Notes under the pieces: generated by a model
What the model was told of the DNA's origin: nothing
The model's input: only the letters and a program-made list of their open reading frames with translations
Databases searched by the model: none
Program-made: the position numbers and the translations under genes
In this document: in pieces, positions 1 through 9,247 of the stretch
Layout of the letters: each line of letters opens with the position of its first letter
Numbering within the stretch: the first letter of the stretch is position 1
Assembly (NCBI GenBank): GCA_050301775.1
Contig: JBNKZT010000001.1
Location: 1-59,264 of the forward strand
Direction: 5' to 3'
Length of the DNA stretch: 59,264 nucleotides
From: Candidatus Promineifilaceae bacterium
GTDB lineage: Bacteria; Chloroflexota; Anaerolineae; Promineifilales; Promineifilaceae

Positions 1-394
1 TCATTTGCTGAAAATCTGCACCGCTCACTTCCAGAAGCAGCTCGCCGGCGACGTTGTGGAATTGCACTTTTTTCAAATTTGGCGTCAGCAGTGTCCAATG
101 GTCATGGGTGACGATGAACACGTCCGCACCGGAGCGGGCCAGCGTACCCAATCCTTCACCGACCGTGTATTGGATCGCCTTTTGCCCATCTACCGTCACG
201 ACCTGCGGGTTGCCCAGCTCATCGGTCAAAGGTGCGAACAAGGTCATACGTACCGTCGCCGCCAGGATTTGCTGTTGGGCGTCCGCGTCAATCGTGTATG
301 AGGAAGCCAGAACTGTTTTGTTGAATTTCGTGAAGCCTAACGCGCTACTCACTACTAAAAGGGTTAAACTGCTGAACAAGATTTTGCGTAACAT
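1..394 (-). CDS. Secreted hypothetical protein, 5' part only (gene runs past the left window edge)
   Basis: Own minus-strand translation from ATG at 394-392: MLRKILFSSLTLLVVSSALGFTKFNKTVLASSYTIDADAQQQILAATVRMTLFAPLTDELGNPQVVTVDGQKAIQYTVGEGLGTLARSGADVFIVTHDHW... It is stop-free to the edge and has a signal-peptide-like N-terminus. It is missing from the ORF track only because no stop lies in the window. Confidence 0.5.
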   Translation of the reverse strand, partial: MLRKILFSSLTLLVVSSALGFTKFNKTVLASSYTIDADAQQQILAATVRMTLFAPLTDELGNPQVVTVDGQKAIQYTVGEGLGTLARSGADVFIVTHDHWTLLTPNLKKVQFHNVAGELLLEVSGADFQQM

Positions 395-470
395 TTTCCA
401 CCTCGCTACTTGCTGCGCCGCTGTCCCTTGCAGCGCTGTGAAATCTCTTGTTCGCAGTTTCGTTTGTCCC

Positions 471-669
471 CGTCATCAGCCTGTCTCAGTGGCGTCAACG
501 GTTCAAAACTTAGCGTCAACAAATCGTCAACATTTCAACTCTTTCGTTATGTAAAATTTAGGGCGGCATTGTTGGACGTGACTGGTTGACGATTTAGCGT
601 CGCCAACCGTCAACATTTTGGGGAAAATCGTCAACAAAGCCTCAAAACCGGTCATTTTTATGCTAGGAT
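471..669 (+). promoter_or_regulatory. Array of phased CGTCAAC heptamer repeats ending at an extended -10 (TGCTAGGAT, 661-669); candidate SARP operator/promoter in the divergent intergenic region
   Basis: Forward copies start at 471 (CGTCATC), 493, 514, 525, 608 and 629 (all CGTCAAC). Degenerate copies start at 640 (CCTCAAA) and 650 (GGTCATT). An inverted copy GTTGACG lies at 585-591. Spacings are 22, 21, 11, 83, 21, 11 and 10 nt, roughly multiples of one helical turn. The last repeat ends about 8 nt before TAGGAT. Confidence 0.5.
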
Positions 670-779
670 AAGGGTAGGAGTCATCCACGAATTCGACCCG
701 CCCCTGGAACCGGGTTCACGCTGACATCTCCAACATCATTCAGATAAATGGTCTGCCTGCCAGGCAGCCTGACAGGCAA

Positions 780-3700
780 ATGGACAGGAGGTCAATCATG
801 GGTACGTTGTCCTTGGCTCTTCTTGGTCGGTTTCAGGCTGTGTTAGATGGTGAAGTGCTGGCAGGTTTTCGCACCAACAAAGTCCAGGCGCTGCTCATCT
901 ACCTGGCGGTAGAACGAGCCAATCCCCATCGCCGCGAGTCGTTGATGACGCTGCTGTGGCCGGGCATGCCGGAACGCTCGGCGCGGCATAATTTGCGGCA
1001 GGTTCTCTATCATCTGCGGCGAGAAATTCCCGATTTGTCTCCTAAAGATAGTTCAGGTCAGACAACGGCCGTTCCCCTAATCCTGGCCAACCGTCAGACC
1101 ATCCAACTAAATCCACTGGCTGACGTTTGTATTGACACAGCCCAATTCGAAGCCCATTCGCGACAGGCACAAACCCATGACCACCTCGATTTGCTTACCT
1201 GCCGCGCCTGCCATCAGGAATTGGAAACGGCCGTCGCCCTCTACCGCGGCGATTTCCTGGCCGACTTCTACCTGGACGACAGCAACGAATTCGAAGAGTG
1301 GGCTGAGACTTCCCGGCAAACTTACCGCCGCAAGGCCCTCGATGCGCTGGAAACCTTGACAACCGTCAACACCCGCCAGAAAGCGTTCACTGAAGCCCGA
1401 GCCTTTGCCGAGCAGCAGCTTGAAATAGATGAACTGCGCGAAAGCGGCTACCGGCAGCTCATGGAAATTATGGCTCTCAGCGGGCAGCGTGAAGAAGCGT
1501 TGGCGCTGTACGAAACTTGCCGCCGCCGCCTGGCTGAAGAGTTGGGAATGGCCCCCACCACCCAAACGACGGCGCTTTACGAAAGAATCCAGGCCGGCGA
1601 CTTACGCTTTGACGTCCCCCAGGTTCAGGGTGTGCGCGGCTACGACCTCAAAGAAGAAATCGGCGAGGGCGCTTTTGGGACAATTCACCGGGCCATTCAA
1701 CCTGGCATTGGCCGGGAAGTGGCCGTGAAGGTAATTCGTCGCCGTTACGCCAATGATCCCGAATTTATCCGTCGTTTTGAGGCCGAAGCTCAAACCATCG
1801 CCCGCCTGGAACATCCCTACATTGTCCCCCTCTACGATTATTGGCGCGATCCGGAAGGGGCGTACCTGGTTATGCGCCTGCTGCGCGGCGGCAATCTGCT
1901 GGCTTCTTTAGAGGGCGGCCCCTGGGGAGTTGAGCCGACACTCAAGATGCTGGATCAGATCGCTTCTGCGCTGGCGGCTGCCCACCGGCAAGGCATCGTG
2001 CATCGGGACATCAAACCGGCCAACGTTCTTTTCGACGAAGCTGGCAATGCTTACTTGTCGGATTTTGGTATTGCCAAGAATTTGACGGGCGATATGCGGT
2101 TAACGGCCGTTGGCGCCATCATGGGCACACCCGACTACATCTCCCCGGAACAGCTACTCAACGATCCGGTCAGCCCTCAATCCGATCTGTACAGCCTGGG
2201 GGCTGTCTTGTACGAGACGTTGACCGGCGAAAAGCCCTTCCCCGATGCCTCCCTGGCCATGATCATCCAAAAGCAGCTCAACGAACCCATCCCACCGGTC
2301 AGCGCCAGCCGTTCCGATTTACCACGCCAGATTGACGCTGTCATCCAACGGGCGACGGCCAAAAGACCGCGTGATCGTTACCCGGATGTATTGGCAATGG
2401 CAGAAGCGTTCCGCCAGGCGACCCGTGAAAATGGGGTTCATGTGGCAGGGGTAACGCCTGTGCTGAGCGAAGTCGGAGTAGCCGTTCCCGCCGCAGTAGA
2501 CATCATCAACCCCTACAAAGGGCTGCGCGCCTTCCAGGAAGCCGACGCCGCCGACTTTTACGGCCGTGAAACCCTGGTCGAGCAATTAGTGGCCCGACTG
2601 GCCGAAAGCCGTTTCCTGGCCGTCGTCGGTCCCAGCGGCAGCGGCAAATCCAGCGCCGTTAAAGCCGGCCTGATTCCCGCCTTGCGTGAGGGGGCCGTCC
2701 CTGGTTCCGAAAAATGGTTTGTGGCCGAGATGGTTCCCGGCAGTTACCCGATGGAGGAATTAGAACTGGCCCTGCTGCCCATCGCCGTCGATCCGCCGCC
2801 CAGCCTGCTGGAACCGCTGCAAAAGGATAAGCGGGGGCTGCTGCGCACCGTCCGCCGCATTTTGCCCGATGAAGATGGGGCGCAATTGCTCCTGGTTGTG
2901 GATCAGTTTGAAGAGTTGTTTACGCTGGTCGAGGACGAAGCCCGACGGGTACATTTCTTAGACAGCCTGCTGGCTGCCCTCGCTGCGCCGCGCACGCCCC
3001 TGCGGGTGGTGGTGACGCTGCGGGCCGATTTCTATGATCGGCCGTTACAGTACCAGCCTGTTGGCGAACTGTTCAAACAGCATACGGAAGTCGTCCTGCC
3101 GCTAACCCAGGACGAATTGACCTGGGCCATTCAAGAACCGGCGCGGCGGGTTGGCGTGGGCATCGAAGAGGGCGTTGTAGCGGCGATGACTACCGACGTC
3201 GTTGACCAGCCCGGCGCACTGCCCCTGCTGCAATATGCGCTGACGGAGCTATTTGAGGAACGCCAGGATCATACGATGAGCCTGGCAAGTTACCGGGCGA
3301 TTGGCGGCGTGCCCGGCGCATTGGCCCAGCGCGCCGAGGAACTGTACGCCAATCTGGACTCAACCGAACAGGAGCGAGTTCGCCAGTTGTTCTTACGCCT
3401 GGTGACATTGGGCGAGGGCGTGGAAGATACACGGCGACGCGTGCGGTTGTCAGAGTTGGAAGCGTTATCGGTAAACGGTAAACAGTTATCGGTAAACGGT
3501 GATCGGTTGTCGGAAAACGAATTTCCGATTACTGATAGCCGATTACCGCTCACCAAATTCGGGGAACACCGTATCCTCACCTTTGACCGCGACCCCAACA
3601 CGCGAGAACCCACCGTCGAAGTCGCTCACGAAGCGCTGCTGCGCGAATGGCCCCGGCTGCGCCGCTGGCTGGATCAGAGCCGTGATGACATACGGATTCA

Positions 3701-6125
3701 GCGTCGTCTGGCTGCCGCCGCCGCCGAATGGGAACAATCCAGCCGCGATGAAGGATTTTTACTGCGCGGTTCACGGCTGGACTTGTTTTCCGGCTGGACG
3801 GCCGTTTCCGATCTGGCACTGACTCACGTTGAAAAAACATTTCTCGACACCTGCCTGACCGCCCAGCAAGAACGCCGGACAGCAGAAACAGCCCGGCAGC
3901 AGCGTGAACTGGAAACGATCCGGCAGTTGGCCGAAACTGAAAAAGTACGCGCCGATGAACAAACTCGATCGGCCAATCAACTGAGGCGGCGAGCGGTTTA
4001 TTTATCGGGTGCATTACTTATCGCTGCTGTTCTAGCTGTCGCCGCCCTCCTGTTTGGGCGGCAGGCCACAAAAAACGAACGGCTCGCTACCTCGCGGGAA
4101 TTGGCTGCCGCCGCACTCAACAACCTGGATGTAGACCCGGAGCGCAGTGTGTTATTAGCGCTACAGGCATTGTCAGAAGCCTACACAATCGAGGCCGAAA
4201 ATGCTCTACACGAGTCCATCCCAGAGTTGCATCTGTTGCACACATTAACCGGCCATACCGAAATGGTTGAGAGCGTCGCTGTTAGCCCGGATAGAACACG
4301 CCTGGCTTCAGCCAGCGACGATGGAATCGTAAAAGTATGGGATGTTACGACGGGCCAAGAACTATTGAGTTTCTCCACTTATCACACCGGAATTTCTATC
4401 TTCGGCCTCGCCTTCAGCCCGGATGGCGCCCGCATGGCGACAGCCAGCGATGATCAGACTGCGAAAGTGTGGGATACCACCACCGGTGAGCAATTGCTCG
4501 TCATCAATCATGGCGCTCCCCTCAGCGCCGTCGCCTTTAGCCCAGATGGGAAGCGCCTGGCAACGGCTGGCGCCGACGCAACAGCGAGGGTATGGGACAG
4601 CGCCTCCGGTCAACAACTGCTCGTCCTGACCGGCCATGCCGAGGCAATCCGGGCTGGCAGCATTCATCCCGGAGGTGTCATTGGCGTCATCTTCGCGCCA
4701 AACGGAAAACGACTCGTGACAGCCGGCGCCGATGGGACAGCCAGACTCTGGGATGCTGAGAATGGACAGGCGTTGTCGGTCATATCTGGCCATACGAACG
4801 AGATCTACATTGCCCTGAGTCCGGACGGGCAACGCTTGTTGACGGGTGGCTACGATGGATTCGTGAAGCTATGGGATATTTCGTCGGGGGCGGAGACAAA
4901 TGAGCCGTTGGTCATCATCAACCACGAGCAGTCGGCCCGCGCTGCCGCCTTCAGCCCAGATGGAACGCGGGTTGCGGCTGCCAGTCAGGATGGCGCGGCC
5001 AGGGTCTGGGATGCCGCTTCAGGGAGGAGATTGCTTACGCTGGTAGGCCACGCTGGAGTGGTGGACGATCTGACTTTTACGCCCGATGGGACGCGCCTGG
5101 TCACCGTGGGCGAAGACAAGACCGTAAAAGTATGGGACCTCGCCCCTGGAAGAGAATTGCTCACTCTGGTCGGCGCCGGGTCGCCTGCATACAGTCCTGA
5201 CGGGAAACGCCTGGCCACGGCTCAATCCGATGGTACGGTCGCTGTTCGGGACAGCACAACCGGTCAGGAGTTGCTAATCCTGGCAGGACACCCTGAATTT
5301 GGGACATTCCACATCGCATTTAGCCCAGACGGCAAACATCTGGCCACGGCCAGTTGGGACAGAACCGCCAAGCTGTGGGACGCTTCGACCGGCTCAGAGC
5401 TATTCACCTTGTCCGGCCACACGGATTACATCTTTAACGTTTCTTTCAACCAGGACGGGACCTGCCTGGTGACATCCAGCGCGGATGGGACAGCCAAAGT
5501 GTGGAATACGCGCACAGGCCAGGAGTTGTTTACGCTGCTTGGCCACAGCCGCTGGGTCCAGGGCGCCGCTTATAGCCCGGATGGGATGCGTATCGCAACG
5601 AGCAGCGACGATGGGACGGCGAGGATCTGGGATGCAGTTACTGGTCAAGAGTTGGAGACTCTGAACGCTGGGGTTAGTCTGTCAAGTATTGCGTTTAGCC
5701 CGGATGGTAAGCTCCTGGCGGCGGGCAGAAGTGATGGCAAGGTAATGGTCTGGGATATCTCGGGGGCAGAAAGCCGCGTGATAACGACTTTATCCGGTCA
5801 TTCAGCGTTTATCGGTCGCATTACTTTCAGTCCAGATGGCGCTCGCCTGGCCACGTCCAGCTTCGACGGGACAGCCAAGTTATGGGATCTGAAGACAGGT
5901 CAGGAGTGGCTGACGCTCTCTGCTGAGGACCCCCTGGACACGGCAATATTCAGCCCGGACGGGACACGATTGGCTACAGGTGCCTTTGGCGGTGGGCAGG
6001 TGAGGGTTTATGTCTTGGAACTTGAAGACCTGGTGGAACTGGCCCAGTCGCGTATCACTCGCTCGCTGACGGATGAGGAATGCCAGCGTTTTTTGCATGT
6101 GGCGGTGTGTCCGGAACGGCCGTAA
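780..6125 (+). CDS. Giant multidomain signalling protein: SARP (wHTH+BTAD) + Ser/Thr protein kinase + STAND-type P-loop NTPase + TM helix + 14 WD40 repeats
   Basis: Track ORF of 1781 aa. SARP/BTAD: LLGRFQAVLDGEVL..FRTNKVQALLIYLAVE, YRGDFLADFY, ESGYRQLMEIMALSGQREEALALYETCRRRLAEELG. Kinase: VAVKVI, HRDIKPANVLF, DFGIAK, GTPDYISPEQ. P-loop: VVGPSGSGKSS with LLLVVDQFEE. TM: AVYLSGALLIAAVLAVAALLFG. There are 14 units of the type SPDG..LATAS.DGTAKVWD. The start could also be the ATG at 798. Confidence 0.92.
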   Translation: MDRRSIMGTLSLALLGRFQAVLDGEVLAGFRTNKVQALLIYLAVERANPHRRESLMTLLWPGMPERSARHNLRQVLYHLRREIPDLSPKDSSGQTTAVPLILANRQTIQLNPLADVCIDTAQFEAHSRQAQTHDHLDLLTCRACHQELETAVALYRGDFLADFYLDDSNEFEEWAETSRQTYRRKALDALETLTTVNTRQKAFTEARAFAEQQLEIDELRESGYRQLMEIMALSGQREEALALYETCRRRLAEELGMAPTTQTTALYERIQAGDLRFDVPQVQGVRGYDLKEEIGEGAFGTIHRAIQPGIGREVAVKVIRRRYANDPEFIRRFEAEAQTIARLEHPYIVPLYDYWRDPEGAYLVMRLLRGGNLLASLEGGPWGVEPTLKMLDQIASALAAAHRQGIVHRDIKPANVLFDEAGNAYLSDFGIAKNLTGDMRLTAVGAIMGTPDYISPEQLLNDPVSPQSDLYSLGAVLYETLTGEKPFPDASLAMIIQKQLNEPIPPVSASRSDLPRQIDAVIQRATAKRPRDRYPDVLAMAEAFRQATRENGVHVAGVTPVLSEVGVAVPAAVDIINPYKGLRAFQEADAADFYGRETLVEQLVARLAESRFLAVVGPSGSGKSSAVKAGLIPALREGAVPGSEKWFVAEMVPGSYPMEELELALLPIAVDPPPSLLEPLQKDKRGLLRTVRRILPDEDGAQLLLVVDQFEELFTLVEDEARRVHFLDSLLAALAAPRTPLRVVVTLRADFYDRPLQYQPVGELFKQHTEVVLPLTQDELTWAIQEPARRVGVGIEEGVVAAMTTDVVDQPGALPLLQYALTELFEERQDHTMSLASYRAIGGVPGALAQRAEELYANLDSTEQERVRQLFLRLVTLGEGVEDTRRRVRLSELEALSVNGKQLSVNGDRLSENEFPITDSRLPLTKFGEHRILTFDRDPNTREPTVEVAHEALLREWPRLRRWLDQSRDDIRIQRRLAAAAAEWEQSSRDEGFLLRGSRLDLFSGWTAVSDLALTHVEKTFLDTCLTAQQERRTAETARQQRELETIRQLAETEKVRADEQTRSANQLRRRAVYLSGALLIAAVLAVAALLFGRQATKNERLATSRELAAAALNNLDVDPERSVLLALQALSEAYTIEAENALHESIPELHLLHTLTGHTEMVESVAVSPDRTRLASASDDGIVKVWDVTTGQELLSFSTYHTGISIFGLAFSPDGARMATASDDQTAKVWDTTTGEQLLVINHGAPLSAVAFSPDGKRLATAGADATARVWDSASGQQLLVLTGHAEAIRAGSIHPGGVIGVIFAPNGKRLVTAGADGTARLWDAENGQALSVISGHTNEIYIALSPDGQRLLTGGYDGFVKLWDISSGAETNEPLVIINHEQSARAAAFSPDGTRVAAASQDGAARVWDAASGRRLLTLVGHAGVVDDLTFTPDGTRLVTVGEDKTVKVWDLAPGRELLTLVGAGSPAYSPDGKRLATAQSDGTVAVRDSTTGQELLILAGHPEFGTFHIAFSPDGKHLATASWDRTAKLWDASTGSELFTLSGHTDYIFNVSFNQDGTCLVTSSADGTAKVWNTRTGQELFTLLGHSRWVQGAAYSPDGMRIATSSDDGTARIWDAVTGQELETLNAGVSLSSIAFSPDGKLLAAGRSDGKVMVWDISGAESRVITTLSGHSAFIGRITFSPDGARLATSSFDGTAKLWDLKTGQEWLTLSAEDPLDTAIFSPDGTRLATGAFGGGQVRVYVLELEDLVELAQSRITRSLTDEECQRFLHVAVCPERP
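3464..3552 (+). repeat. Palindromic repeat element inserted in frame inside the SARP-kinase-STAND gene
   Basis: Direct repeat GTTATCGGTAAACGGT x2 (3464-3479 and 3485-3500), followed by an imperfect hairpin GGTAAACGGTGATCGGTTGTCGGAAA / TTTCCGATTACTGATAGCCGATTACC. It is translated as LSVNGKQLSVNGDRLSENEFPITDSRLPL, a low-complexity stretch between otherwise ordinary protein sequence. Confidence 0.55.
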
Positions 6126-6140
6126 TCTCAGCAAAACTTA

Positions 6141-6149
6141 TGCTACAAT
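6141..6149 (+). promoter_or_regulatory. Extended -10 box TGCTACAAT, 6 nt upstream of the ATG at 6156 (predicted leaderless transcript)
   Basis: TACAAT lies at 6144-6149, is preceded by TGC, and the ATG is at 6156. There is no room for a Shine-Dalgarno sequence. Confidence 0.4.
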
Positions 6150-6155
6150 GATGCT

Positions 6156-9140
6156 ATGACCAAGCTATCCCTCTCGGTACTTGGCCCCTTTGCTGCTTCG
6201 TTGGATGAACGGCCGTTAACCCAATTCCGTACCAAAAGCGTTCAGGCGCTGCTGGTCTATCTGGCCTGCCAGCCGGAAGTCCACTCGCGCGAGCAGTTGA
6301 TGGCTCTGCTCTGGCCGGACATCCCGCAGCAATCGGCTCAGGGCAGTTTGCGCCAGACGCTGTACCTGCTGCGCAAAGCGATTCCTGAACTGCCATCACG
6401 CGATGGCAGCGGCATGGTTCCCCTCCTGCTGACTGACCGGCAGACGATACAGATGAACCCGAACGGCAGTTTCGACCTGGACCTACGCACCTTCACCGAA
6501 AAGCTCAAAGGGGACGAGTCTGGCTGGCCGGAAGCGGTTACCCTGTACCGGGGCGATTTCCTGGCCGATTTTTACTTACCAGACAGCGCTCCCTTTGAAG
6601 AATGGGCCGCCGCCCGCCGCGGCGATTTGCGCCGTCAGGTTCTGGATGCGCTGGACACGCTCACAAAAAACAATATCCAGTCCAATGACCTGGACACAGC
6701 CGAAACCTACGCCCGCCGCCAGCTAGAGCTTGACAACCTGCGGGAGAGTGCCCACAGGCAGTTGATGGAGATTTTGGCCAGGAACAGCCGTCGCCGGGCC
6801 GCCTTGTCCCATTACGAAATCTGCCGCCAACTTTTGCAAGATGAACTGGGTATTGAGCCTTCGGCCGAAACGCAGGCGCTCTACCAGCAAATACGCTCCG
6901 GTGCATCACCTTTCGTGCTGCCTACAAAGGGAACTCCAGACACAATTATCAAACCATCACCGAGAACTGTGGCCCATCCGCCCCACAACCTACCGACTCA
7001 GGTGACCGCCTTTGTCGGTCGGCAGCGTGAACTCTCACAGACTGCCAATCTACTTAAAGGCACTCGGCTGCTGACCTTAACCGGGCCAGGCGGCTCTGGC
7101 AAGACCCGATTAGCTTTGCAGCTAGCTGCGGCACAACTAACACACTTCCCCGATGGTGTTTTCTTTGTTTCTCTGGCTTCGCTCAAAGATCCACGGCTGG
7201 TCGAACAAACCATCGCCAGCATTTTGGATGTCAAACCAGTCGAGGGACAGAGCGTCCTGAAAGCTTTGCAAGATTATCTGAGGCCGAAACAGGTCTTGCT
7301 AATCCTGGACAATTACGAGCATTTACTTGATGCGGCGACCGTTGCCAGCAACTTGCTATCGTCGACCGACCAACTGCGGATTGTGGCCACCAGCAGGGAA
7401 CCACTCCAATTGCGCGGCGAACAACTTTACCCGGTGCCCCCCCTCCGGTTGCCTGGAGAAGACGCTGAGACCAAGGATGAAGTAGCCCAGGTAGAGGCTG
7501 TGCAACTCTTTCTCCTCCGCGCCCAGGCCACCGACCCCACTTTCCAATTAACCGACGACAACTTGGCAACTGTAGTGACCATCTGCCAACGCCTGGATGG
7601 TCTGCCCCTGGCCCTGGAATTGGCCGCTGCTCGTCTGAGTGCTTACTCGCCCGCCTTACTTTTGGAACGTCTCTGCAGCCGACTGAACGTGTTGACCAGG
7701 GGGCTGCGCGACTTACCCCATCGGCAGCAAACGCTGCGGGATACCATCGCCTGGAGCTACGACCTGCTTAACGATGACGAGCAGTTGCTCTTTTCTCGAT
7801 TGGGTGTTTTCGCTGGCCGTTGGACTTTAACCGACGCTGAGGCAGTCTGTAGTCCCGGCTTGTCTGTGGCGGTGGCCGATGGCCTCGAGTCACTTATCGA
7901 CAAGAATTTAGTGCAACTGGCGAGAGAAATGATTGACCAATCCTGCTATGACATGCTGGCCGCTATCCGCGAGTTCGCCGTCGAGCAACTCCAGATTGAT
8001 CAAGAAGAGTTAGCTGTTGTGGAACGGCTGGCTCGCCATGTGGCCAACCAACTGCCAGCGACAGTCCCCACCGACCGTTATGGCGCCAACCGGCAAATCT
8101 GGTTTAAGTTTCTGGCACTGGAGATGGATAATATTCGCACCGCATTGGCTTATTTTCTTGACCACGCCGAAGTAGAGCCAGTTCAGCAAATCATAGACGA
8201 GGTGTCCGATTACTGGGCGGATCGGCTTGTCGAGGAAGGCAGCGATTGGCTGGATAGGTTACTCGACCTGTTGGGCGACGACCCAACGGCCGCCAGAGGG
8301 AAGGCGCTTTTCCAACAAGGGAATCTATACGTTTATGGTTATGACAATCGGCGGGCAGCGGCTCTCTTGGAAGCAAGCACCCAATGTTTTCAAGCCTGTA
8401 ACGATCAGCAGGGTTTGTTTGACGCGCTTGATTCACTTGGGCTGGCTTATCACGCACTCGGTGATTACGAACAAATGCGCCAGACTTTTAAAAAGCTTAT
8501 TCCCCTCGCTGAGAAATTGGGCGACAACTCAGCCTTGCGTCGTGCGCTGTGTAGGAGTGTTTTGGGAACAACTGATTTTATCAAAGCGCGAGAGACCTTA
8601 TGTCGTTGTCTGGAACTGGCCGCCGAAGACGGTCAACCGGGTACTTTCTACAAGCAGTGGCTTGCCGATATTGAGATACGACTAGGCAACTATACCCTAG
8701 CCAGCAACATGTTACGAGAATGCCAGACAGCCTGGCAACAGATGGGCCAAGAGCGCAGCGTGGTCGCGATTCACTTTTTGCTGGGTGAGGCTGAGATAAG
8801 ACGTGGCCAACTCAACGACGCTGGTCGTATCCTAACAGAGGGCCTGGATTTAGTCAGCGACTTCGCCGACGTTGATTTTCCACCCTATTTTTACGAGCGC
8901 TTCGCCACACTGGCCGCTGCCCATGGGGATTTTGAGCGGGCAGCGCAACTGTTCGGAGCGGCCGAGGCCGCTCGTGAGCTGCCGGGGGCCACAGCCCTCA
9001 ACCCCGAGTATCGGCCAGCCTATGAGAAGGACGTGGCTGTTGTTCGGGCCGGGTTGTCTGAGGCGGCGTTTGCATCCGCCTGGCAGCGCGGTCGGGTTAT
9101 GAGTATTGAAGAAGCCACGGCTTTCGCACTTGGGAGATAA
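6156..9140 (+). CDS. AfsR-like regulator: SARP (wHTH+BTAD) + NB-ARC/AAA-type ATPase + TPR-like repeats
   Basis: Track ORF of 994 aa. The N-terminus is paralogous to the upstream gene (VLGPFAASLDERPLTQFRTKSVQALLVYLAC; YRGDFLADFYL; ESAHRQLMEILARNSRRRAALSHYEICRQLLQDELG). P-loop LTGPGGSGKTRLALQLA, Walker-B-like LLILDNYEHLL, and a helical repeat C-terminus. Confidence 0.9.
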   Translation: MTKLSLSVLGPFAASLDERPLTQFRTKSVQALLVYLACQPEVHSREQLMALLWPDIPQQSAQGSLRQTLYLLRKAIPELPSRDGSGMVPLLLTDRQTIQMNPNGSFDLDLRTFTEKLKGDESGWPEAVTLYRGDFLADFYLPDSAPFEEWAAARRGDLRRQVLDALDTLTKNNIQSNDLDTAETYARRQLELDNLRESAHRQLMEILARNSRRRAALSHYEICRQLLQDELGIEPSAETQALYQQIRSGASPFVLPTKGTPDTIIKPSPRTVAHPPHNLPTQVTAFVGRQRELSQTANLLKGTRLLTLTGPGGSGKTRLALQLAAAQLTHFPDGVFFVSLASLKDPRLVEQTIASILDVKPVEGQSVLKALQDYLRPKQVLLILDNYEHLLDAATVASNLLSSTDQLRIVATSREPLQLRGEQLYPVPPLRLPGEDAETKDEVAQVEAVQLFLLRAQATDPTFQLTDDNLATVVTICQRLDGLPLALELAAARLSAYSPALLLERLCSRLNVLTRGLRDLPHRQQTLRDTIAWSYDLLNDDEQLLFSRLGVFAGRWTLTDAEAVCSPGLSVAVADGLESLIDKNLVQLAREMIDQSCYDMLAAIREFAVEQLQIDQEELAVVERLARHVANQLPATVPTDRYGANRQIWFKFLALEMDNIRTALAYFLDHAEVEPVQQIIDEVSDYWADRLVEEGSDWLDRLLDLLGDDPTAARGKALFQQGNLYVYGYDNRRAAALLEASTQCFQACNDQQGLFDALDSLGLAYHALGDYEQMRQTFKKLIPLAEKLGDNSALRRALCRSVLGTTDFIKARETLCRCLELAAEDGQPGTFYKQWLADIEIRLGNYTLASNMLRECQTAWQQMGQERSVVAIHFLLGEAEIRRGQLNDAGRILTEGLDLVSDFADVDFPPYFYERFATLAAAHGDFERAAQLFGAAEAARELPGATALNPEYRPAYEKDVAVVRAGLSEAAFASAWQRGRVMSIEEATAFALGR

Positions 9141-9247
9141 GCGGGGAATTTCTTTTCAAAACTGGGCCGTAATTTAATGTCCGGGTTATTCCTTTCGGTG
9201 TTTGGATTTTTTGTCGCTTACCTGGATGAACGGCCGTTTTGACGAAC

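Noticed and set aside
5-554. Two + strand track ORFs (5..301 and 54..554) at the left edge
   Set aside because: Their translations are low-complexity or Arg/Cys-rich with no motif. The opposite strand carries a stop-free ORF with a clean ATG and a signal peptide (1..394), which explains the open frames as antisense shadows.
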